Shown here one piece after another: positions 1 to 11,110 of a stretch of DNA of 64,000 nt. The DNA lies in the NCBI GenBank assembly GCA_036172245.1, contig JAYWIR010000003.1:1488001-1552000 (forward strand), read 5' to 3'. The notes under the pieces were generated by a model. That model saw only the letters and a program-made list of their open reading frames with translations. It was not told the origin of the DNA and did not search any database. Position 1 is the stretch's first letter. Each line of letters opens with the position of its first letter. This DNA comes from Raillietiella orientalis. Taxonomy: Eukaryota. Made by a program: the position numbers and the translations under genes.

Positions 1-3000
1 TCGGTCAGCGTCGAGAGGCGGCAGCACGTTGACGTCCTGGTCACACACTTTGAAGAAGACTTCCTGGGAGCAGCCCGGCTTCAGGGCTCCTGGGGGAATG
101 ACGATGGCCACCCCCGTCTCCGGGGACTCCAGGATGCCTCCCGTGTGATCGAACACACCTCGGGCGGCTGCAATGATGCGGTGGTTCTCGTACTGGTTGG
201 GGTTGTCGCCGCCGGAGCGGTCCGGGCTGCCGGAGGGAAGGGCGCCGCCCCGTGAGAAGCGCGGTAGGTGAGGGCTCTCACCTGTCGGGTTTCCTGTACA
301 GCTCGAAGGCGCTGCCCCGGTGCGGGATCGACAGGGGCCACGGGGCCACGTTCAGATAGTGCTGTGGGGCATCCCGCCTGCGGGGGCAGTCCTCGTGGTT
401 GCGGTCCAGGCTGCTTCCATGCCCCGAGTCGAATCCATTCGCGTCCTCATCCACCGACGCTCCGGGGGTGGGGATGCACGTCCACGCGGCGGCGGCGGCA
501 GCCGGGAAGTTCGCCGCCCTGCCGCCATACCCCCTGGGCTTGGGAGGGGGGAGCGGCTTGCCGCCGCCCGGTCGTCCGTCCGCATCCCTGCCGGATGCAG
601 CGCGTGACGCGGGCCGGCAGGCAGGACCGCCCGGTACGCACCGTTCGCCCGGGCCCGGCGGGGATGTGAAGCGGGTAAACCTGTAGGGGTCGTGTGGGCT
701 CGCCGAGGTGACCTCGTCGCCGCTGCCGTCCCGCGAGGGCTGGGGGAGCGGCGGGGGCGCCTCCGCCGCCTTCCCATGCGCAAGGATGCCCTCTCCGAAG
801 AGGCGTTCCGTCGCGGAGCGGCTCCTGCCGGGCTTCATGCTGCGGTCGACTTTGGGGGGCAGCGAGGGAGCCGCGCAGCCGGCGGGCTGGAGGGCACGCA
901 CGGCGGCGGCGGCGTGCTGCGCGGGCAGCTCCTGAGGACATGGAGTCGCCGTCGTCGGATGAGGGAAGAAGGCGGGGCACTCGCTCCCCTGCTGGACGCG
1001 CTCCTTCGGGTACGAACGCTGCTGCCACCTTCCGGCGAGCGCAGGATTCAGAGTCGCGCCGCCGCCGCGGGGAGGCGAAGTCCTCGCGGATCTCGCCTGA
1101 CTAGAGATGGCGGCTTCGCGGTAAGGCGGAGGGCCACTGTTCAGAGGGGGAGGCCGCGCCGCCTCGTCGTCGCAGGACAGGTTCGGGTCGGACGAGGACC
1201 GGAGGAAGCGGTGGTGCTCCCCCGACGGGGACTGGTGGGGCGGCAGGCCATCCGCGGCCACCTCCTGGTCAGACTCCGGAGAAGATGCGTACGACTGGCG
1301 CATCGCCATCGGGAAAAAGAAGTCGTCGGAGGCGGGCTTATCGTGCTGGAGGGGGGGCCGCACGGAAGGAGGCGTTGCCAGGGGCGACCCCGCCCGGCTT
1401 CCCCTACTTACCTGGTTCTCCGACATCCATATGGGCTGCGATCGCTGGCGGTCGATGGCTTCGACCACCTTCGGATACCACGACTCGCCCGGGACCAGAG
1501 GCACGGTAGAGGTGAACAGGTACACCCAGTGATGCTCCAGGCGCACGATCTCCTCGTAGAGGCGCCTGCTGCTGCAGTGCATCGACCTGGAAGCCCAGAT
1601 CCGTGCGGTCGCTGGGAGGGCCCTCCTCACTTTGGCAGCCCTGCTCGCAGCAGCTTGATGTCCTGGCGGGAGTCGGAGCGCAGGAAGACCGTGATGGGGT
1701 ACAGGTGGATGCTGTTAAGCCGGTTCACGCAGTTGGGCGTGACGTCCAGCAGCGCGTGCTTGCCGCGCGCCATGATCTCCCGGATGGCGCTTATGCTGAC
1801 GATCTTCTGCTTGTTCTCCTCCTCGTTGTCCATCTCTGCTCGAACCGAGAGGGCGCGCAAAGGGGAGGGACGGGTAGTTACACGCGGGCGTTGGGAGGTT
1901 TCCTTACGAGGGGAGGCGAACTCGTCGGGGTGGTCACGCAGCAGCCTCTCACGAGTGATGTCAGCCACCGGGCCGAAGAGCACCACCGGCCTCACGAAAT
2001 CCGGCATGCACAAGACGACCCTTTCGTAGGCCGGCAGCTTCGTCAGGGAGTCGCACCAGGCCAGGTCGTCCCAGTGGTCCTTGGAGGTGCATTTCGCTCC
2101 TTCGAATCTGCCGCGGGAGGAAAAATGCGCGTTTTGCCCACCTTCACCAGAGACTTGGAGCGGCGGTTGTGGCGGCGCCTGCGGAAGAAGCTGCCCCTGC
2201 CTTCGGACGTGGAGATCTTCTTGATAGCACTGAGTTGGGCCTCCGCCAGCTCGTCGGCGCGGCTGCGGTTCGGGATGGCGCCCCGCTGAGTCTCCTGGTT
2301 ATTGCGGCCGATCCGGTAGGCCAGCCAGGATCCCAGGACCCCGTTGTGCAGGGTGTCCGTGACGTGGAACACGTCCCCGCGGACAAAGCTCATCTCGCCC
2401 TTGGCGGGGCTCTCGTAACTGAAATGAGTCCTGGAGGCGGCGGAGTGCCTTCCCGCGGAAGGGGGGGAGGGGGGCGCGGTGGTCAGTGGGCAGGTGGTCA
2501 CCGTATGTAGAAGGAATCCAGGCGCTGAGACGCCACAACCTGGTCGTATTCATCGGGGGAGTAACGGACCAGCAGCTCGACTTGGTCCTGCAGCGACAGG
2601 AGGTAAAGCACGGCTTCCTCGCGGGTGACGCCCCGCATGTCCATGTGGTTCACCTTGGGGAGAGAGGCGTTTCGGGCGCATGGAAGCAGCAGCGGGGGGG
2701 GAGGAGGGAAGGGAAGAACAAGAAGAAGGGGACATTGCGGCACCTTCAGGATTTTGTCTCCCGACTGGAGCCCCTGCAGAGAAGCCGGGCTCCCGGGGTG
2801 GACGGACGTGACGAAGATGCCTGCGATGTTCCCGCCCGTGAGGCGGATGCCCACGGAACCCTCCTTCTTGAACGACACCGTGCGGAGCTGCGTGCCGGAA
2901 GGGCTGGAACTTCGAACCCAAGGGGGCGGGCAGCGAGGGACGGGTGACCTTGCTTTCGCGCGGCGCAGGCCTTGCTGGCAGTCGGCGGACAGCCCCGAAT

Positions 3001-4165
3001 GCTGGTGCGAGTGAAAGGGGAAGACGCTCTTCATAGGTTCCTTGCTGGACGCGACGGACAGGTCTGAAAGCCCTTCCTCGCAACCCACCAAGAGGACGGA
3101 CGCTCTTACCGCCGGGCAGGGTCAGAGGGTGCCGTGGCGGGGGAGGCAAGCCTTCGCCTGTGGGAGACGACTTCCGCTGCTCCGGAATATCGCCAGATTC
3201 CTTCCAGAAGGGAGATGCCTTGTAGGCGTCGCTGCGTTCCTCGTACCGGGTCGGAGGCGGAGGAGGCATGTTCCGGTACAGATCGTTGCGCGTAGGAGGC
3301 TGGACGTACAGGTTCTGACTGCTGTAGTTGGTGCGACCGTCTTCCTGCACGTCGATGTAATGGAACGGGGCGTCTGGATCTGCTCCCACCCCAAGTCACT
3401 AGAGAGGGGGCGCGCAGGGGTCGTGAAGGTTACCTTTCACAATCTCGCCGACGCCGTCCGGCGCCGCGTGGGCGTTTTCGCGCTTGAGCACCAGGTGCAG
3501 CCTTTCTTTGGAGCTCTCCACCAGCTTCCGGGCCTCCTTCAAGGTCATGTTGTCCGTGGGGTTGTTGTTAATGCGGGTGACGATGTCGCCCTCCTGCAGT
3601 CCGCTTTCCTTCCCTGTCCTGGAGCTGAGCTCCTTGATGTACAGTCGGCAGCCGAGGACGATGCCGAAATCTGGAAGGACCGCGTGCCGAGGCCCGCATG
3701 ACGCGACCTCCCTTTCCTCTCACCATCTCTTTTCCTGTTTCTCACCAGCGTCGCGTTCACGGTCTGCCAGTTGGGTGTGGACAGCACGACGCGGCGTTTC
3801 ACGACCATCCGCACGGTGGGGCTTTCGCGCAAGACGGCCACCGCGGTCGCGTAATCCACGTTCTCTAGAGAAATGTTGTTGACGGAAAGGACCCGGTCGT
3901 TAATTCTGTTTTTTGTTTTTGTTTTTTTTTTTGTGGGGAAGAAAGGGGGAGGAAGTAAGTGCAAGGTTTGGCCAAGGACAACGGAGACTTACTGGAGCTT
4001 CCCATCGGCCGGTCCAGCTTTAAGAACATCACTGATGGCGATCGATGGGTCCCCGTTAGCGAAATGAGGATTGTCTCGGCCACCACTGACGGCGATTCCA
4101 AAACCGTAGGCGGGGACGCGTGTCAGAGTCACAGTATGGAACTCCCAAATAACTCTTTCTCCACC
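1..4165 (-). CDS. pyd: Tight junction protein ZO-1 / polychaetoid (MAGUK: PDZ1-PDZ2-PDZ3-SH3-GuK-ZU5); multi-exon, 3' end beyond the left window edge, first exon(s) further upstream
   Basis: Manual splicing with GT..AG introns gives one continuous frame. Exons: 4165-3993 and 3905-3724 (PDZ1: [29 protein letters not shown]), 3670-3434 (PDZ2: [14 protein letters not shown]), 3379-3110 ([14 protein letters not shown]), 3063-2949, 2903-2744 and 2653-2502 (PDZ3: [27 protein letters not shown]), 2430-2142 (SH3: [18 protein letters not shown]), 2079-1908, 1835-1631 and 1586-1412 (Gu[24 protein letters not shown]), 1345-282 ([39 protein letters not shown]; may hide in-frame introns), 226-<1 (ZU5: [28 protein letters not shown]). 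Confidence 0.96.
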
Positions 4166-7100
4166 CTGAAACATGCCACATTTGCAGCTGGTATGTCAGC
4201 TCGACCTCGGTACCTTCTCTCTCTCTGTTTCTCTTTTTTTTTTTAAAAAAAAAAAAAAACCCCTCTTTTTATCAGTGCTTCCACAATTTTTTGACAAATT
4301 TTGACCTCTTGGACGCAAACAAACAACCAAAGGTTTATCCGCACGAAACGACCTGCTCCCTACGCATCACTGAAAATGAGGATTCGTGAGAATATCGCGC
4401 GGACTTGAAACTGCCTTGCACTCTTCACACGTCGAGGGCTACAGAAACCCACCGATTACTGACCATTAGAACAACATCGGAACTCTCGCGCAAAGCGTCC
4501 TCGCTTGCTCCGAGCTCGTTGCGGGCAAACTCGGGTCCCCCCGCCACCACCACGTCATGCACGAGTGATTCGAACAGGAGCTCTTGAAAAAGGCCCAAGA
4601 ATTACTTTCATGACCGGCAGGGGAAAGGATTCAAGAAGCAGCGGCGCAGTTGGAGCAAAACACGGGCGCCTCAGCCAAAAATAAAAAAACATGAAAAAAA
4701 AAAAAAAAAAGGTTGAAGCAAGTTCTGCGCGAACAGAGATGCATGAAGAGACAAAGACCCCCAACAGATTTCCAGGCCCCAACTCCCCACGCCGGAGGCT
4801 CCAGCCCAGAAATCGCTTCCTTGGAATGGAGACTAACCCGTATGCAAGATCCACCTGCATTTTTGCAAACAAGGAGGAGAGATCTGACCCCACTTTTTAC
4901 GCGCGACGCGCGAAAGCAACACGCCAACCGCAGCAACGGACTACAACCGCAGACAGAAAGAAACTACATCCATTTTTTTTTTTTTTTTTTCTTGTTCTGA
5001 AGATACTATCGGAATTCCCAGACCACCACCGTGCGTGCGTATCTAAGCCAGGGATTGGACAACCCCTGGCTTGTTCGCCGTGTTTTGTTCTGAGGCCCAG
5101 AACAAAACACGGCGAATCGCAACTGTTCACAACAAGTGCACTGAGGATAAAAATGATCACAATGCATTCGTCGGCACAAACACGACGTTTGCATGAGAAA
5201 AAGGAATGCGCGCGCCGATTACACACGCCTGGATGACCACGTGATCGCCGTGATCGCGCCTTGGACCTCAGAGAAAACGCACAGATTCTGAATTGAAAGC
5301 TCGAAAAACCGAAGGAGGAACAAGTGGCCACCTTGAAGACCCTCGTTTACAACTGCAACACGTGAAACAGGTAGCTGGGCCGAAGAAGCACGAGATGTCT
5401 GGGGGCGCACAGCTCACGGCGAACCATCAACGAGTGATAAAGTCCTTCTTCATCCATTGGTGAAATTCGATTTCCCTAAGATAGAGAAGAGATGGAAAGT
5501 CTGCTAAGGGACCGAAAAAAGACCAACAAGACGCCACGCCGTCCAAGAAACCGCGGTCTCTGAAACGTAGGGGAAAGGCTGCAGGCAAACCACGAAACAA
5601 CCGGGATGCGCCACTGTCTCAGGCCAACGGGAGCGTGTCGCTGTACAACCCATAAAGCACATCGAGTGCAGATGTGATGGACACAGGATGAAGACAGCGG
5701 AGACGGCAGCCGAAGTACCAGGCCTGCAAGGCACACCCTTCGCGAGAGCACAAAATTATGTTCCGAGATATGCATGCCCGCACAACAACACGGTTTCAGT
5801 TTCCTTTCCTGTCAAAGGAAATTCTGATGACACCTCCTCACGGGTGCTTCAGGATTCGTGGCAGACGGAACTCGGAGAAGCACCAACGTCGCAGGCTCAC
5901 GGAACACCCGAAAGGAAAATGTGGCCACCAGGGTCGTGCATGGAGACTGCAGCAATAAAAAAATAAGGCAAAGAAGCTTTCTAGATGATGCACTTTGCAT
6001 CAAACCAACAGGAGCAAGTATGCCGCGGGCGGAAATGCAAAGAGAGCGCCCGCGGCGAACAATCGGGAGCGACCAGTTGGTAGCAAGCGAGGATTCTTAA
6101 GCAAGGAGGATTAAGCTCCGTTAAAAACACGCAAGCAGAAAGACAGGCCATTCGATCTCCTATCTCGTGTGTCACACCAGTCTCCAGAGGAGTTACCGAA
6201 TTAATCGGAAAAAGAAACAGTTACACGAGACAGGAACCAAGGATCGAGCGGCTTTGAGGGCCTCGTTTCTGCCGAAAAGTGTGCCACTTTTCGGCTAAGC
6301 TGTGGGTCCACGCCAGTGGTCGAAGTCTATAAAACAATGTTGTGGACTTTGGAGGGGAAAACGAGTGCAGAGCAGGATTCCAAGGTCTTAAGTTTCAAAA
6401 GTGAGGAAGAATGAAGCCGAACAAGCAGGGAAGGATGAGACCGAGCAGAAGGGGTGCACCAGTACGAAGAGGTGCACCGCGACATCCAAAATCCACAGTC
6501 TGGAGGCTTGAATTCACGACGGTGAAGGAGCTTGGCACAGAACGCGCAAATACGTCCGACATTCCGTACAAGAGACATCCACAGTTTCCGAAACCGGTTG
6601 CTGCAAGAGGTCACGATGTGGACTGGTCAGAAGTAACGAACTGCGGGTCCGATCTACACCTGAATGGCTACGAAAATCTTGAAGACAATGGGCGGCGGCC
6701 CTCTTTCGCTACTGGCAGAACAGAGGAACGGCTCGGCGTGCAGCTTGGGTCATTTAGAGTTTCGACACGTTCCTAGATACGACCAAGACCTGACCCACTT
6801 CCAGCTTCCCGGAATCACTGCCCCCGTTCAAGGGGAAGAACGATAGCAAGACTACGGTCCCGAACCTCTACGAGGTTCGGACTCCGGGAGGAATCTCAGA
6901 CACGGTGCGTGGGTTCCCTCGTCCTTGCATAAACTTCCACATAGTCTTTGTCATCTTGTGGCTTTTTTGACTGGCACGCCTCCGGCCACACTTCCCAAGC
7001 GATCGCCACGTGCCCAAAATATTGGCAAGCGAAAACCGCCCAACGAGTCTCGTGCCCCGACGTTCTTTCCCCCTTTCTCCAGAGGACTGCCTCGCACCTC

Positions 7101-10100
7101 TGCCTCCAACCAGCTTCCGTGTGAGGGAGGCACTTCGGACCATTCCATCCACTACGCACCGAACTCCCCTTCTGACCCCGATCTCTCCCTCTCATCTGCA
7201 CGGAGAGCACCACTCGGCTACGACACTTCACCCTCATGCATCCTCAGCGTGCATCCCAGGCCTTGAGCGGCCTCTTCTGGCTTCCCTTAACGCAAAAGCT
7301 CGCCTCAAGCGGCCTCCTCCATCTCGAGTTGTCCCATGGTTCTCCGTCGATGCAGGACCCCGAAGACGCATCAAGCCCTTCGCTTGATGCCAAGGTCGGC
7401 TTAGCGTGCCGGAAAGCAGCGGACGCGCTTCCACGTTGCCCTGCGGACTTGCGAGCCTCGCCCCGTAGCTTTCGGCATTCGAGTCGAGACTTTCAAAGGA
7501 AGCATCAGGGGGCAAGCGGAATGGCTCTGAAGGGGGAACGGAAGGCCTGGAGCTCGATTCGAGGACGAGCACGACTCCTCGTTGTTTCACTTCGTTTCCA
7601 GCGGGCCAGGTGCCAACGCGCGCGAGTGAGTCCTCCCTCAAAAAAATGGTTCTCTGGAGAGACAGGTGATGACCATTGGAAAACCCAACAAAGAGCCATC
7701 GTGAGAAAAGAAGTAAACAAGAAAATTGGGCTGGGCAAACATAAGGGGACATCGATATCGACTCTCGCAGTGTAGAGGTCCTTCAGGAAAACAACCGAAA
7801 ACACGCAGGACAAAAATAACGCGCGGGTGAAACAAGTGCGAGGTTCTTGGGGACGTCTTTGCTCCTTGAAGCTCCCCTCGCGCTCGCACGAGCTGCAGGC
7901 ATTCACACTGTGGAACGGACAGACGGGCACTGCACTCTGGAAGGCGTCTTTGTCAGGACAGACGACAGAGGACAGTGGCCCTAAACAAGGAGAGGAAAGG
8001 AACACACAGGATTCCCCCTTAGCTGCAGGAGGCGCACGGAAGCGATGGTTCGCGAAGGCTTCTTCCGCGGCGCAGTGGCCTCAACGAGTTACCTGCAGTG
8101 GCTGGTAAACAGAGCGGCCTGCGAAGCAACGCGTGCGCCGCAGACATGAGGCCTCGAGCTGCTCTGCACTGCAATCGATCGAAAGATGTGCCCTCTTGGA
8201 GGTCAGACGCGGGCAGAGAGCAGAGTCGCACCTTCGTCTCACAAGCGCGTTCTCCTATATAGAGAGAATGGAGAGAGCGCTCGCGGGAATAAAGGGGACG
8301 GGAGGAGAAGAGCGAAGACGAGAAACGAAGGATCCGCGAAAGCACAGTGAAGGACCTTGGCAACCCCGGAACAATTGGGGAAGAAAGCACTTTTTTCAGG
8401 CTGTCCAAGCAAAAGGGCAGATCGAAAGTCTTTCTGCGCGCATGCCAGCTACGGGTCGAACGGCGCCACACCGATCCACGACCGAAGAACCGAAGGCGCA
8501 AGAGTCACCGAAACACAACGGCGAGGTCAAGGACTGCAGAAACGCGAGAAAGGAACGATCCGATGCGGCGCCCTTCCTTGCGCTCAGGTGCTGTCGCGCC
8601 GGTCGGCTTCGGGCAAAAAAAGAGAACATCAAATTGGGAACGTCTTCCCGTTCCGACCTTGCAGCAAGAACCGGAAAAGAGGGAGGGCAATGCATCCTGA
8701 CTCTGGAAGAAATGAAGCGGGGAATCGTTTCTCTTTCTGGCTCCCATCTGCTGCATTCGACCTCAAGAGTGACCAAGGAGGAAGCGGAGCAATTCAACAT
8801 CGCCTCACTTTTGGACCCTGTCAGCACGACTACGGGGTCGTAAGGCGCTAAACCCTCGGAATCCCCTACAGAAATTCCATTACGATTTTCTTTTGCAGGA
8901 TTTCGCCGGAATTTACCGACACTTGCGCTTCTGGACCATGGCGTCGAATAAATGCTAAAAACGCTAACAGAAGCACCTTTCAAGAATCCCTCTTTTCTGA
9001 AGACCGAGAGGAAATTTGGGATCGCATGAGGTGGCAGCCCCAAGCCCACATGAGCAGCGCAGAGTCAGCAACAGCCGAAGTGCGCAAATCAGAGCATCCT
9101 TTGAATTTGACCCGCTTCATGCGTTTCTACAAAACGCTAGGTGGCTTTGATTGGCCCACACTCGTTCCAAAGAGGACCCGAGAAAAAAAAATCTTTCTTG
9201 GGTGTTACAGCTTTCAGGACGCAAGCTGTGGCACTCTTTTAACAGGAGGGACCAGAAACGATACCGGTCTGGTCCACTTTCTTTTCTGGATGGCCGAGAA
9301 CTTGCACGGACATCGCGAAGGCACAAAGTCTTCTGGAGGATTTACTCCGCTTCTACTCTGTTGTTCGAAAAAAAAGATCTTCGGGGGAATGGAGGGTCTC
9401 GCATATGTTCTGCATTCGACAAGTGCGCAGCATATGCCAGACCTGGATCAGCTGAGAGCCAACAAAAACCCATCGAACCACTGGCTGCCCAATGGCTAAA
9501 AAATCCTGTGAACCACTTGGGTGCACTGTTCTCCCTTCCTCTTTCTGAATAAAAATAAAGGAACGCCAGTTTTTCCCACGATGCGTTTCCAAGGCTGCAG
9601 ACTTTTCAACTGGCAACGATGACGCCCCCCCGCTGGCCTCCTCGACTGCAGCGTTGCCCCTGCGCAAGAGCTGCGGGGCGCTGCAAAGGCGGCCTGCATT
9701 TCGATCCCGACGTCTTTCATGCACACCTCTCTGAAGAAGCGAAAGCGAGTCCGAAGCACCAAGAAAATTTCCTGGAGGCGTTCTCACCGGTTAACCGCCT
9801 TCGGGTTTCGCAGCATCGCGCATTCGGGCAAGAGGGTACCATACCCTTCTCGGGACGCGCTCTTTCTCTGCCAGCAGCGACGGACCAAATGAGCACTCGA
9901 GGGAGATGTGAAAATGCAGTTCCTCTCCCATTAGGAAAAGAGGAAGGATGTAGAAGGGATGGTGCGCTGATAAAAATCCTTCTGCGCTCTTCGGTTTTTG
10001 CTGCTTCCTTCCAGTTTTTTATTTTTATTTTTGAGGGGAGGAGGGGAGAGGTCCCAAGAAGTGCTGAAGAACCCTTTGCCTCCTTAAGAAGGGCTCGCAA

Positions 10101-10132
10101 AGCTCCTTAATGCTGTCCACGTCACTCGAGGA

Positions 10133-10560
10133 GGCGTGTGAACTCTTCAAGTTATAGGGGGGTACCCTATGAATCCAGGAAGGCTCCTGAGGTAGGAGTC
10201 CGTTCCTCTCACGCTTGGGAGCCCAGCTTCGAGGAGAAATTCTCGCCTTGGTTGTCGAAGGGAACGTCGAAGGAAATCGCCTCTTCCTTATTCAATCTGG
10301 AGGGGACCCGGAAGGGATCCGCCCCTGGTTTCCTCCTCTGAAGAGAACCACCCGAAGGGATGCTACCTGATTTTCTCTGGAGGGCGATCCCAGAAAGAAG
10401 CAGCGCGCACTTGGTACTCTGGGGAGGCGTCAACCAGTTCCATGACATACGCGACGGAGGGTTCCCCCCTGAAAGAGGGGGGGGGGGGGGGATCCATTTT
10501 CACAACTGGAGGGAAACCCCGGAAGACGTCCCGGAAGGTCGACTTCCAATCCCGGCTAGT
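10133..10560 (+). repeat. Dispersed non-coding repeat, copy A (non-autonomous transposon-like)
   Basis: Shares exact blocks ccctatgaatccaggaagg (10165-10183) and ggagtccgttcctctcacgc (10195-10214), GAAGGGA-type subrepeats and a poly-G tract with the reverse complement of 28310-28640. Confidence 0.75.
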
Positions 10561-10921
10561 CAACGAGGGCATCCAGATTCCACCAGTGCCGCACTCGAAT
10601 AAGCCAGCCAGAGTCCTCCTGCGGGGGAAGGGGACGCGGAAGACCACGACGCGTCCATTTCCCCACGTGGGGGTTCGAGCCCGCATAGCTCGGCGCCACG
10701 CGCACGAGACTCCGGTGGTCTAGCCGTGACCCGCGGTCTCCAAAGGCAGCTTGCCCCCTTTTACGAAGCGATGAACGGATGAACGAGAAGCTGTACCACG
10801 ATTTCTTCGGGGTCTTCTTTTGCACCACGAAACCCCTGGAATGGTCGCGAAAGTCTATGCCGGGTGCGTAGACGTAATTTTGATCCACTGATCCTCCTCC
10901 ACATGTGATTCACCGGGTTAC

Positions 10922-11110
10922 CCGGATTGAGCTCCCGGCAGCCGTCGGCTCTTGCGGCTTCACGGGAGAAAGCGGGAAGACATGAGAATTGAGTTTAACA
11001 TGCTGGCTACAAAAACTTTGGAGATCTACTTCAAGAACACCCCCCCCCCCCCCGGCCACAACGACCTTCGCCTGAGGGCTGTCGACCGATGAGGATCGAC
11101 TACACTTCAT
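10922..11110 (-). CDS. Candidate alternative first coding exon of pyd (63 codons)
   Basis: ATG at 11110, MKCSRSSSVDSPQAK..EPTAAGSSIR, then donor CGG|GTAACC in phase 0, matching the phase-0 acceptor at 4165. No homology recognised. Confidence 0.25.

Noticed and set aside
268..3882. Long plus-strand ORFs such as 692-2029 (445 aa), 1603-2289 and 3042-3701
   Set aside because: Antisense shadows of GC-rich pyd exons with no domain signal.
6868..9787. Many 100-240 aa ORFs on both strands (7234-7752, 8133-8843, 8396-9049)
   Set aside because: No recognisable motifs, and I could not link them by splice phase to pyd. Expected by chance at this GC content, though they cannot be fully excluded.
10660..10700. 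tRNA-like GGTTCGAG..GCGCCA
   Set aside because: The T-arm stem does not pair, and there is no D-arm or acceptor stem.
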